DNA of 63,334 bases, counting the filler, from Chiloscyllium plagiosum (Eukaryota): NCBI RefSeq assembly GCF_004010195.1. It is 5 parts of one record of this genome, joined end to end, with 100 filler letters (N's around TTAATTAATTAA, not from the genome) between each part and the next. Parts side by side here need not be neighbours in the genome. Positions count along the whole stretch, not along the records: positions 1 to 23,583 come from NC_057714.1; 4 more parts are not named here. One strand, given 5' to 3'. Below the pieces are notes generated by a model. That model had not been told where the DNA came from. It made no database searches and saw nothing but the letters and a program-made list of their open reading frames with translations. Positions 1 through 12,425 of this stretch are shown piece after piece (within the stretch, counting starts at the first letter, position 1; each line of letters starts with the position of its first letter). The position numbers and the translations under genes were made by a program.

Positions 1-221
1 CCCCCACCCCAATCTGACCTTTCACCCTCACCTTGACCTCTTTCCACCTATCACATTTCCGACGCCCCTCCCCCAAGTCCCTCCTCCCTACCTTTTATCT
101 TAGCCTGCTGGACAAACTTTCCTCATTCCTGAAGAAGGGCTTATGCCCGAAACGTCGATTCTCCTGTTCCCTGGATGCTGCCTGACCTGCTGCGCTTTTC
201 CAGCAACACATTTCCAGCTCT
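1..221 (+). mobile_element. Penelope-like element 3' terminus (pLTR), cut by the window start
   Basis: C-rich tract, then a hammerhead motif, then the terminal module GGATGCTGCCTGACCTGCTGCGCTTTTCCAGCAACACATTT shared with the copies at 6248, 7299, 52240, 59304 and 61659. Confidence 0.75.
125..160 (+). ncRNA. Minimal type I hammerhead ribozyme motif (PLE-associated)
   Basis: AUUC-CUGAAGA-A-GGGC-UUAU-GCCC-GAAAC-GUC^-GAUU: intact CUGANGA and GAAA boxes, 4-bp stem II, GUC cleavage triplet. Confidence 0.8.
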
Positions 222-287
222 TTCCTCTTCATACGTGTACTCTGTACATTTTCTTTGAAATGAAAATACTATTGTTAAACTTTTCTT

Positions 288-575
288 AATCATAGAATCA
301 TACAGTACAGAAGATGCAATTTGGCCCATCAAGTCTATAGTCAAAAACATACTACTTCCTGCACTGGTCTCACTTCTACATCGTAGGCCCATAGCCTTAA
401 ATGTTATGACACATTTTAAAGGTTGTGAACTTTTTCATCTCAACTATCTTCCCAGGCAGTGCTTTCCAGACCCCCCACCACACTGAGTGAAAACATTTTT
501 CTTCAAATCCCATCGAAAGCTCCTACCTTTTTACTTTAAACCTGAACCCCAATTGATTATCAATGAATGGGAACC
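288..575 (-). mobile_element. Old CR1 LINE 3' fragment
   Basis: Begins with the reverse-complement tail AATCATAGAATCATACAG and continues with degenerate RT C-terminal/3'UTR sequence like the other CR1 copies. Confidence 0.55.
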
Positions 576-1458
576 GATATAATCAAGTCTGAACAAGCAT
601 CATAATCCACATTATCTTCCTTAAAGGAACTTGGGTTGTCTTGTGGGAGACATTGGCTTTAAGACCCTGCCTATGGTTTTCTTTGTTTTCCAGTTGCTAC
701 AGTGACCAGGAAGACATCTGACACAATGTAATTCAACTGTAACAATGATCTGAATTGCCCGAGAGCTGAAGTATGTTTGGAAGACACTGCTGATTACATC
801 TGATGCGTTAGACGGAGTGGGTTTTGATACATGCCCTAGTCTGCTCCCTGCTTTCTTCTGTTTCAACAACAAGTACAAGTTTAAGAGAATATTTTGTGGC
901 AAGTTATTAAAAACAATTCAGACATTTGCCTTCCAAGTCCCAACCCCTTTCAGTAATGCTCGCTTTCTTCATATTTTTCACTAAAAGTGATAAATGAAAT
1001 CTGCCTGCAGTGGAATGAAAAGTTTATATCTCTTGGGGCACTGAAGCTGAAGATGAAGTAAAGTATTCTAAACAATTTACATACTAGGGGGAAATTTGGT
1101 ATCAAGGCAGAGTTCCCACACTACCTTTACCACTCCTCATTACTGCTTGCTGGTACAATTTGTCACAGGCAAGTGTTTTGAAATATTGATGCTTGTGTCA
1201 TGGGGTGTTGGTTAGTTTGGGTGGATAGCGTGTGAGTCAGATTGAATCCTGTGCTGCTGGCATCAATCTCCATTCTGACTGAAGCAAAGTAGGGGCCAGT
1301 CTCCTCAACAACCTGTCGCTAAAAAAACATGGCATTTTGTTGTGACTCAGTAAGCAATTGCTGAGGGCCTACCTCCTCAGGGAACTGGATAAGAAAACTT
1401 GTTCCATAAAGGAAGGAGCATTAACTTTGTTTAAGATAAATACCCAATGTATTTAAAT

Positions 1459-1920
1459 AAGAACATAAGAACTAGGAGCAGGAGTAGGCCATCTGACCCA
1501 TCAAGCCTGCTCCACCTTTCAATAAGATCATGGTTGATCTTTTCATGGACTCAGCTCCACTTACGTGCCCGCTCACCTTAACCCTTAATTATTTAACCGT
1601 TCAGAAATCCCTCTTTGCCTTAAAAACAATCAATGAGGAAGCCTGGACTCCTTCACTGGGCAGGGAATTCCACTGATTCACAACTCTTTGGGTGAAGGGG
1701 GTCCTGCTCAACTCAGTCCTGAATTTGTTCCCCCTGATTTTGAGGCTATGCCCCCTAGCTCTAGTTTCACACCAGTGGAAACAGTCTCCCTGCTTCTATC
1801 TTATCTATTCCCTTCATAACTGTATATGTTACTATCAGATTTCCTCCTCATTCTTCTAAGTTCCACTGAATATAGTCCCAGTCTACTCAATCTCTCCTTA
1901 AAAGCCAACTCTCTCAATCC
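1459..1920 (-). mobile_element. CR1 LINE 3' fragment
   Basis: Reverse-complement tail AAGAACATAAGAACTAGGAGCAGGAGTAGGCC followed by RT C-terminal-like sequence. Confidence 0.7.
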
Positions 1921-2801
1921 TCTCAATTTTGCTCAAATATGAAAATATACACAAAATACATTTAAACCTCCAGTTTATCCAGCTCACCGTTGTGTTTTCA
2001 TCAAGGAAGAGACTTGTGATTTTGGTTATTAAAATGAAGTATGATTTACACTTCAGGTTTATTTAGCCCCTGCTCTCTTAGAATTACTTAGCTTTGTATC
2101 ACCAGTGTAATAACTAAAATGTTTAGAAAGCTCATTAAAATTTAACTTGTAAACTAGCAGCCAATGAGGGTTAGTCATGTCAGTTGGTGGGGGTTTTGTG
2201 TTCTGTCTGTGAGATGTGATCAATCATGAAGGTTGAGAGCATCCCTGAGCATTACATCTGCAGGAAGTGTAACCAGCTTCAGCTGTTCACTGACTGAATG
2301 GGTCGGCTTGTGCAGTGGTTGGAGGCACGAAGGATCATACAAATGGCAGAATGTATCATAAATAGGAGTTAGAGAAACATGGTCACACCCATGGTACAGG
2401 AAGATAGATGGGTGCCCACTAGACGGGGCAGACACTCAGTGCAGGACCCACCTGCAGCCCTCCTCCTGTCAAACATGTATTCCATTTTGGATACTGATGA
2501 GGGGGTGGCCCATCAGGTGACAACAGCAGCACCATGGCTGGCCCTGCTATACAGAGTGGAGGCACAAAGTGTAGTAGAACAATAGTAATTGGAGATTCCA
2601 TAGTCAGAGACACGGACAGGCACTTCTGTGGCCACTAGAGAGACTCCTAGATATTTATGGCCTCCCTGGTGCCAGAGTCATGGATGTCTCTGTGTGGATA
2701 GTCCAACGAGGAAGGGGTCTATACCAGACCTGGTAGTGGGAAATGAGCCTAGCCGGGTGATCAAAGTTTCAGGGCATCCTGAAATGGAAGGGTAAACAGA
2801 A

Positions 2802-4899
2802 AGAACATAGAACAATACAGCACAGAACAGGCCCTTCGGCCCACGATGTTGTGCCGAACATTTGTCCTAGCTTAAGCACCTATCCATGTACCTATCCAAT
2901 TGCCGCTTAAAGGTCACCAATGATTCTGACTCTGCCACTCCCACAGGCAGCGCATTCCATGCCCCCAACACTCTCTGGGTAAATAACCTACCCCTGACAT
3001 CCCCCCTATACCTTCCACCCTTCACCTTAAATTTATGTCCCCTTGTAAAATTCTGTTGTACCCAGGGAAAAAGTCTCTGACTGTCTACTCTATCTATTCC
3101 CCAGATCATCTTATAAATATCTATCAAGTCACTCCTCATCCTCCGCCGTTCCAATGAGCAAAGGCCTAGCACTCTCAACCTATTCTCCATTCCAGGCAAC
3201 ATCCTGGTAAATCTCCTCTGCACCCTCTCCAAAGCTTCCACATCTTTCCTAAAGTGAGGCGACCGGAACTGCACACAGTACTCCAAATGTGGCCTTACCA
3301 AGGTCCTATACAGCTGCAACATCACCTCACGACTTTTGAATTCAATCCCTCTGCTAATGAACGCTAATACACCATAGGCTTTCTTATAAGCTCTATCCAC
3401 CTGAGTGGCAACTTTCAAAGAGCTATGAACATAGACCCCAAGATCCCTCTGCTCCTCCACCTTACTAAGATCCCTACCGTTAATCCTGTATTCCGCATTC
3501 TTATTTGTCCTTCCAAAATGGACAGCCTCACACTTAACAGGGTTGAACTCCATCTGCCACTCCTCAGCCCTACTCTGCATCATATCTAAGTCCCTTTGCA
3601 GCTAACAACAGCCCTCCTCACTATTCACAACTCCACCAATCTTTGTATCATCTGCAAATTTACTGACCCACCCTTCGACTCCCTCTTCCAAGTCATTAAT
3701 AAAAATTACAAACAGCAGAGGACCCAGAACTGATCCCTGCGGAACTCCACTTGTAACTGGGCTCCAGGCTGAATATTTACCATCTGCTACCACTCTCTGA
3801 CTTCGACCGGTTAGCCAGTTTTCTATCCAACTGGCCAAATTTCCCTCTATCCCATGATTCCTGACTTTCCGCATAAGCCTACCATGGGGAACCTTATCAA
3901 ATGCCTTACTAAAATCCATGTACACTACATCCACTGCTCTACCCTCATCCACATGCTTGGTCACCTCCTCAAAGAATTCAATAAGACTCGTGAGGGGTAG
4001 GTCTTGCCTTACAAATCCGTGCTGGCTGACCCTAATCAAGCAGTGTCTTTCCAGATACTCATAGATCCTATCCCTCAGTATCCTTTCCATTACTTTGCCT
4101 ACCACCGAAGTAAGACTAACTGGCCTGTAATTCCCGGGGTTATCCCTATTCCCTTTATTGAATAGTGGCACAACATTCGCCACTCTCCAGTCCCCTGGTA
4201 CCACCCCGTTTGCCAGTGAAGACGAGAAGATCATTGCCAACGGTACTGCAATTTCCTCTCTTGCTTCCCACATAATCCTAGGATATATACAGTCAGGCCC
4301 GGGGGACTTGTCTATCCTCAAGTTGTTCAAAATGTCCAACACATCTTCCTTCCTAACAGGTATCTCTTCTAGCTTACCAGTCCATTTCACACTCTCCTCT
4401 TCAATGTTTCTCACATATGCATAAAATGCCTTTGGGTTATCCTTGATCCTATCCGCCAGAGATTTTTCATGCCCTCTCTTGGCTCTCCTAATCCCTTTCT
4501 TCAGGTCCCTTCTGGCTATCCTGTATCCCTCCACTGCTCTGTCTGAACCCTGTTTCCTCAACCTTATGTAAGCCACCTTCTTCCTCTTTACAAGACATTC
4601 AACCTCCCTTGTCAACCAAGGTTCCCTCACACGACCATCTCTTTCCTGCCTGACAGGTACATACATATCAAGGACACGTTGTATCTGTTCCTTGAAAAAG
4701 TTCCACATTTCAACGACATCCTTCCCTGACAGCCTATGCTCCTCAGATCCTGTCTTGCAGCATCGTATTTACCCTTCCCCCAATTGTAAAACCTACCCTA
4801 TTGCACGCACCTATCTCTCTCCACAACCAAGGTAAAAGTCACAGAATTGTGATCACCATCACCAAAATGCTCACCCACTAACAAGCCCATCACTTGTCC
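2802..4899 (-). mobile_element. Young 5'-truncated CR1 LINE (ORF2 RT), with internal deletions
   Basis: ORFs 3602-4708 and 2867-3583 carry the RT motifs [23 protein letters not shown] and KFADD, and there is a (TTCTATG) tail. Near-identical 3' ends occur at 51137, 59509 and 63101. Confidence 0.95.
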
Positions 4900-6247
4900 A
4901 TATTGACATAAATGACAACAGTTGGAAGAATGAATAGGTCCTGCAATGCCAATTCAGGGAGTTAGATGGTAAACCTCTTGATTAGTAATCTCAGGATTAC
5001 TCCCCATGCATTGTGCTACTGAAACTAGGAACTGGAGACGTAGTCTGTATTTGCTTCAATGCAAATCTAACGTGTAAGACAGATGAATTTAGAGCCTGGA
5101 TTAATGCATGCAATTATTATGTTGTTGCTATCAAAATGATTTGGTTGAAAAAGGGTTAGGATTGGCAGCCTAACATTATGGGTACACCTCCGGATTAGGA
5201 AGGGTGCAATCATATGCTGGGATTGTACTACAGACCGCCCAGCTGCCAGAGAAAGAGGTATGGAGTCAGACTCTGGAAAGATGTGAAAATAACAGAGTTG
5301 TTGTGGTGGGTGGTTTTAACTTCCCTTATATTGATGAGAACTCCTTTAGGGCCAGGGGTTTGAATGGGGAGTCATTTGTTAGGTAAGTCCAGGAGGATTT
5401 TTTTCAAACAGTATGTGGATAGTCCAATGAGGAAGGGGTCTATACTTGACCTGGTATTGGGAAATGAGCCTAGCCAGGTGATCAAAATTTCAGTGAGGCA
5501 GCATTTTGGGAATAGTGACCATAACTCTGCATGTTTTCAGATAGTTGTACATAAGGATAAGAGTGGACCTCAGATGAAGGTGTTAAACTGTGGGAAGGCC
5601 AACCATAACTGAATTAGGCAAGAATTGAAGAATGTGGATTGGAAGCAGCTATTTAAGGACAAAATTCAGATCTGTCATGCGGGAGTCTTTTATGGACCAG
5701 TTGATTAGAATGCAGGACAGGCCTGTTTGTATGTAAATGGAGGAGATGAATGGCAGGATTCAGGAACCTTGGATGAATAGGGAAGTTATCATCTTAGTCA
5801 AAAAGAAGAAAACATACCTAGTGACTAGGCAACTAAAAACAAAGTCCTTGAAGAATATTGAGCAAGTAGGTAGGAGTTCAAATGGGCTAAAAGGTATTAT
5901 GAAATGTCCTTGGCCAACAGGTTAAGGCATTTAATCTGAGGGGCAAGAGGGTAGCAAGAGAGTCGGCCCACTGATTGATAAAGGAGGGAGGTTATGTGTG
6001 GAGCCAGAGAAAATGGGTGAGATCCTTAATGAGTGCTTTACATCAGTATTGACCAAAGAGAGACACATGAGGGATGTTGAGGTTAGGGAAAGGTGTGTGA
6101 ATACTCTTGGGAAGTCAACATAATGAAGTGTCCTGAAATATATTATGGTGAACAAGTCTCTAGGGCCAGAGATGGGATCTATCCTAGGATATGTGGGAGG
6201 CAAAAGAGGGAATATCTGTGCCCTTAATAGATATCTTTGTATTTCGA

Positions 6248-6338
6248 AGAGTGTGGTGCTGGAAAAGTACAGCCGGTCAGTCAGCATCTGAGGAGCAGGA
6301 GAGTCGATGTTTCGAGCATAAGCTCTTCATCAGGAATG
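6248..6338 (-). mobile_element. Short PLE terminus with hammerhead motif, inserted in a CR1
   Basis: Minus strand reads AUUC-CUGAUGA-A-GAGC-UUAU-GCUC-GAAAC-AUC. It interrupts CR1 sequence between the imperfect repeats ATCTTTGTAT and ATCCTTGCAT. Confidence 0.8.
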
Positions 6339-6860
6339 CATCCTTGCATCCTCTTTGGCCTCAGGCGAGGTTCCAGAGGATTGGAGAATGGACAATGTTG
6401 ATCCTTTGTTTAAGAAGGGGAACAATGTTAATCCAGGTAACTACAGGCTGGTGAGCCTGATATCAGTGGTGGGGAAGCTGTTGAAGAAGATACTGAGAGA
6501 TAGGATTTATTCACATTTGGCAGTGAATGGGCTTGTTAGTGATAGACAGCAGCGGTTTGTGCAGGAAAGGTCATGTCTCACCCAACGTGATTGAGTTTTT
6601 TGAGGAGGTGACGAGAATGAAAGATGAGGGAAGGGCAGTGGATGTCAATTATGTGGACTTTAGGAGAAAGTGAGGACTTTAGTAAGGCATTTGATAAGGT
6701 ACCTCATGGCAGGCTTGTGCAAGTGGTAGAGTCTCATGGGATCCAGGGTGAGTTGGCTGGATAGATACTCTGATCGTACTGGAGCTCCATTTAGATATAA
6801 AGCTGACAATTCAGACCAGTATGTGTCATTGACAAATTTTACTGGTTTTTCAACCTCGGA

Positions 6861-7921
6861 AAGTCATGGACAGGTTTGAATATAAGGATACAAATTTTGA
6901 CTTGAGGTTCAGAAGAAAAGTCACATTGGACTCCAACAATTCTGGGTCATCCAAAATAGAGGATAGGAAAAAAGTATGGCTGGAAGAGCAGTTCCTTTTT
7001 TGATTTTGAGGCATTTGAGGTGCTGGAAGTGATTTTCTCAAATTCCAGGAGCAGCAATTGCTACTTTATATACGGTAGCATTGTTTTGGGACTTTGGGGA
7101 AAGAAAGATCAAAATAATGGCAATTTAAAAAGGAGGAAGACAGACAAAGGAAGTGACCAGCTGGTCAGAGAAAGAAACCTATATTGCTGTCTGACACAGT
7201 AGTGAATCTGCACAGTTACTGCCTTTGCTGTTTAAGTTCAAGTATCTCTGCCATCAGAATGCTTCTTGGAAAAATTAATGAACAGTGGAATTCACAGCCA
7301 AGATTAGAGTGGTGCTGGAAAAACACAGCAGGTCAGGCAGCATCCGAGGAGCAGGAAAATCAACATTTCGGGCAGGAGCCCTTCAGCAGGAATAATTCCT
7401 GCTGAAGGGCTCCTGCCCGAAACATTGATTTTCCTGCTCCTCGGATGCTGCCTGACCTGCTGTGTTTTTCCAGCACCACTCTAATCTTGACTGTGAATTC
7501 CACTGTTCATTAATTTTTCCAAGAAGCATTCTGATGGCAGAGATACTTGAACTTAAACAGCAAAGGCAGTAACTGCAGATTCACTACTGTGTCAGACAGC
7601 AATATAGGTTTCTGTCTCTGACCAGGTGGTCACTGCCTTTGTCTGTCTTCCTCCTTTTTAAATTGCCGTTATTTTGATCTTTGTTTCCCCAAAGTCCCAA
7701 AACAATGCTACCATATATAAAATAGCAATTGCTGCTCCTGGAATTTGAGAAAATCACTTCCAGTACCTCAAATGCCTCAAAAAAAATGAACTGCTCTTAC
7801 AGCCATACTTTTTTCCTATCCTCTATTTTGGATGACCCAGAATTGTTGGAGTCCAATGTGACTTTTCTTCTGAACCTCAAGTCAAAATTTGTATCCTTAT
7901 ATTCAAACCTGTCCATGACTT
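6861..7921. repeat. Long near-perfect palindrome (arms about 530 bp, 1-nt spacer at 7394)
   Basis: AAGTCATGGACAGG.. at 6861 pairs with ..CCTGTCCATGACTT at 7921. The centre is CAGCAGGAAT-A-ATTCCTGCTG. The same peptide appears in ORFs 6850-7041(-) and 7729-8007(+). Confidence 0.97.
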
Positions 7922-7999
7922 CTGTGTTTTTCCAGTACCACTCTAATCTTGACTCTGATCTCCAACATCTGCATTGCTCACTTTTGCCTAGTGAAATTC

Positions 8000-10900
8000 G
8001 TAGCTGATCTTGGACAAACTTGTGTGGGAGAGCTCACAGCATGGGAACAGACAAGTTTTTACATGTAACCTTTCTGTAAATCTACAGTAGTGAGTAGAGT
8101 GGGTTGTTTCTTGATTATATGTTTTCTTGAGATCTGTCTCTTTTAAATTGATTAAATTTTAAAATATAAACAATAAGTACTAAGTTAACTGGAACAGTGT
8201 TTTTATAGAGCAATAAGACGGTGCTATTTTCTGGGTCCGTAGATTGTGAAGGAGCAAAGATGGCCTTTAGTGTAGTGAGATGCATTCCGTGTCGGATGTG
8301 GGTGATGAAGGAGAGTTTCCATGTTACTAATGATTATGTCTGCAGGAAGTGTGTTTGGTTGTGAATCCTACCAGATCACATGGATCAGTTGGAAAGGCAA
8401 TAAGGGATTTACAAGAGTTGGAGGTGGGGTGGATGGCAGTTATAGAAAAGCTTCAGATACAGCCAGGGAGATGGGTTACTGTCAGGAAAGGTCGGAGGGG
8501 CAGGCAGGTAGTGCAGGAATCTCCTGTGGCTGTCCCCATCTCAAGCAAGTATGCTGTTTTAGGAAATATAGGGGGTGATGGACTCTCAAGGGAATGTAGC
8601 ACAGCCAGCCAAGTTTCTGGTACTGAGAATGGCTCAAATGTAATGAAGGGTACGTCGGGTTCCAAGTGATCGATTGTGTTGGTGGACTGTCTAGTCAGAG
8701 GCACAGACAGACGTTTCTGCGGCCAGCAGTGAAAAATCAGAATGGTGTGTTGCTTTCCTGGTGCCAGGATCAAGGATATCTCAGAGAAGGTGCAGAATGT
8801 TCTCAAAGGAGAGAGGGACCAGCAGGAGGTCATTGTACACATTGGAACCAATGACATAGGAAGAGAAAAGGATGAGATTCTGAAGGGAGAATATGGAGAG
8901 TTAGGCAGAAATTTAAAAAGGAGGTCCTCGAGAGTAGTAATATCTGGATTGCTCACGGTACTATGAGCTAGTGAGGATAGGAATAGCAGGATAGAGCAGA
9001 TGAATGCATGGCCAAGGAGCTAGTGTATGGGAGAAAGATTCACATTTTTGGATCATTAGAATCTCTTTTCTGGGGTAGAAGTGACCTGTATAAGAAGGAC
9101 TATTGCACCTAAATTGGAAGAGGAAGAATATACTGGCAGGGAGATTTGCTGGAGCTGCTCAGGAGGATTTAAATGAGTAAGATGAGGGGAGGGGCCACGT
9201 GCACGGTGCGGGGTGACCCAGGGAGATACTGAGGAAAGAGATCATTCAGAGACTGATACAGTCGAAAAAAGAAGCGAGTCAAACAGTCAGAGCAGGCAGG
9301 GACAAAGCAGAGAACAAAGTAGGACTAATAAATTGATTTGCATTTATTTCAATGCAAGGGGCCTAACAGGGAAGGCAGATGAACTCAGAGCATGGTTAGG
9401 AACGTGGGACTGGGATATCATAGCAATTACAGAAACATGGCTCAGGGATGGGCAGGACTGGCAGCTTAATGTTCCAGGATACAAATGCTACAGGAAAGAT
9501 AGAAAGGGAGGCAAGAGAAGAGGGGTGTGGTGTTTTTGATAAAAGATAGCATTACGGCTGTACTTAAGGAAGATTTTCCTGGGAATACATCCAGATAAGT
9601 TATTTGAGCGGAACTGAGAAATATAAAAAGGATGATCATTTTATTGGGATTATATTATAGACCCCCAAATCATCAGCTGGAAATTGAGAAACAAATTTGG
9701 AAGGAGATCTCAGTTATCTGTAAGAAGAATAGAGTGGTTATGGTAGGAGATTTTAACTTATAGACTGGGATTGCCATAGCATTAAGGGTTTAGATGGAGA
9801 GGAAATTGTTATGTGTTTATGAGAAATTTTCTGATTTACTATGTGGATGTACCTATGAGAAGATGCAAAACTTGACCTACTCTTGGGAAATAAGGCAAGG
9901 CAGGTGACTGAGGTGTCAGTGGGGGAGCACTCTGGGGCTAGCGACCATAATTCTATTAGTTTTAGACTGGGGTCTAAAAGTTGAAGTTCTAAATTGAAGG
10001 TATTAAGCAAGGAATTTCAAAAGTTGGTTGGGGACAGATGTTTGCAGATAAAGGGATAGCTGGAAAATGGGAATCTTTCAAAAATGAGATAATGAGAGTC
10101 CAGGGACAGTATATTACTGTTAGGGTGAAAGACAAAGCTGGTAGGTGTAGGGAATGTTGGATGACCAGAGAAATTGAGGTTTTGGTTAAGAAAATGAATG
10201 AAGCATATGTCTGGTTTGAGATTGAGTGAATTCTTAGAGTACAAAGTCAGTAGGAGTATACTTATGAGGGAAATCAGGAGGGCAAAAGGGGGACATGAGA
10301 TAACTTTGACAAATTGGGTTTAGGAGAATCTGAAGGGATTCTATAAATATATTAAGGACAAAAGGGTAACTAGGGAGAGAATAGGGCCCCCTCAAAGAAC
10401 CACAGTAGGTGGGGGAGATTGTAAACGAGTATTTTGCATCAGCGTTTACTGTGGAGAAGGACATGGAAGATATAGAATGTGGTGAAATAGATGGTGACCT
10501 CTTGAAAATGTCCATATTACAGAGGAGGAGGTTCTGGATGTCTTAAAATGCATAAAAGTGGATAAATTCCCAGGACCTGATCAGATGTATCCTAGAACTC
10601 TGTGGGAAACTAGGGAAGTGATTGCTGGACCCCTTGCTGAGATGTTTGTATCATCAATAGCCATACGTAAGGTGCCAGAATACTGGAGGTTGTCCAATGT
10701 GGTGCCACTATTTACGAAAGGTGGTAAGGAAAAGCCAGGGAACTATACACCGGTGAGCCTGACATCGGTGGTGGGCAAGTTGTTGGAGGGAATCCTGAGG
10801 GACAGGATGTACATATATTTGGAAAGGCAAGGTCTGATTAGGGATAGTCAACATGGCTTTGTGTGTGGGAAATCATGTCTCATGAATTTGATTGACTTTT

Positions 10901-12110
10901 TTGAGGGAGTGACAAAAAGGATTCATGAGGGCAGAGTGGTAGACATGGTCTATATGGACTTTGGTAAGACATTTGACAAGGTTCACCATGGGAGACTGGT
11001 TAGCAAGGCTAGATCTCATGGAATATAGGGAGAACTAGCCATTTGGATGCAGAAGTGGCTTGAAGGTAGAAAACAGAGGTTAGTGGTGGAGGGTTGCTTT
11101 TCAGACTGGAGGCCTGGGACCACTGGTGTGCCACAAGGATCAGTGCTGGGTCCACTGCTTTTCATCATTTATATAAATTATTTAGGTGTGAACATAAGAG
11201 GTATGGTTAGTAAATTTGCAGGTGACCCCAAAGTTGATGGTGTAGTGGACAGCGAAGAAGGTTACCTCAGGGTACAACAGGATCTTGATCAGATGGGCTG
11301 AGGACTGGCAGGTGGAGTTTAACCTAGATAAATATGAACTGCTGCGATTTGGAAAGGTAAATCAGAGCAAAGCAGGTCTTATACACTTAATGGTAAGGTC
11401 CTGGGGAGTGTTACTGAAAAAGACTTTGGAGTGTAGGTTCATAGTTTCTTGAAAGTGGAGTCGCGGGTAGATAGTTTAATGAAGAAGGCATTTGGTATGC
11501 TTTCCTTTATTGGTCAGAGCACTGAGTATAGGAGTTGGCAGGTCATGTTGCAGCTGTACATGACATTGGTTTGGGCACTTTTGGAATATTGTGTGCAATT
11601 CTGGTCTCCCTCTTATGGAAGGATGTTTTGAAACTCGAAAAGGTTCAGAAAAGATTTACAAGGATGTGGCCAGGGTTAGAGGATTTAGCTTTGGGAGAAG
11701 TTGAATAGGCTGGGGCTGTTTTCCCTGGAGTGTCAGAGACTGAGGGGTGACCTCATAGAGATTTATAAAATAATGAGGGGCATGTTTAGGATAAATAGAC
11801 AAGATCTTTTCTCTGGGGTGGGGAGTCCAGAACCAGAGGGCATAGGTTTAGAGTGAGAGAGGAAAGATATGAAAGGTACCTAAGGGACAACCTTTTCACG
11901 CAGAGGGTGGTGCATGTATGGAGTGAGCTGCCAGAGGAAGTGGTGGAGGCTGGTACAACTGTAACATTTAAAAGGTATCTGGATGGGTATATGAATAGGA
12001 AGGATTCAGAGGGATATGGGCCAAGTGCTGGCAAATGGGATTAGATTAAGTTGAGATATCTGATCGGCGTGGACGAGTTGGACCGAAGGGTCTGTTTCTG
12101 TGTTGTACAC
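8000..12110 (+). mobile_element. Near full-length decayed CR1 LINE (5'UTR, ORF1 Zn-finger/esterase, ORF2 EN-RT, 3'UTR)
   Basis: ORF1 from about 8260 (CxxC..CxxC, MVCCFPGA, HIGTND). ORF2 motifs CIYFNARGL, IAITETWL, YMDFGKTFDKV and [10 protein letters not shown]. 3'UTR GGACCGAAGGGTCTGTTTC. The 5'UTR may extend left to about 6780. Confidence 0.92.
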
Positions 12111-12425
12111 CACTCAATGTTCAATCATTTTTGCTGTCGACAGAAGCTGCCAGGTTCAAACGGGTTATGTTTTTATTGATCAGTGAATGACTTTTAATAA
12201 AACTGCTTTAAGTAAATCACATCAGATCAGGAACTAAGCTACTGATAAGGAGAGGCAATGGTATTGTTGCTAGACTCTTACTCCAGAAACTTAACTAATG
12301 TTCAGGTTCGAATCCTGCCACAGTAAATGGAGGATTTTGAATTCCATTTTTAAAAAAAAGCTCTGGAATTAAGAATCTACTGATGACCCATGAAACCATT
12401 GTTGGCTGTCAGAAAAACCTGCTTT

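Larger units (their letters stand above)
2200..6770 (+). mobile_element. Decayed CR1 LINE (ORF1 esterase plus ORF2 EN/RT), split by a younger CR1 at 2802-4899 and a PLE at 6248
   Basis: ORF1 remnants (VIGDSIVR near 2585). EN motifs GGFNFPYID, ILDLVLGNEP and SDHN. RT motif PLFKKG..PGNYRLVSLISVVGKLL. Many stops and frameshifts. Confidence 0.85.

Noticed and set aside
6850..8007. Duplicated small protein (SHTFFLSSILDDPELLESNV...) on both strands
   Set aside because: A by-product of the palindrome, with no sign of coding function.
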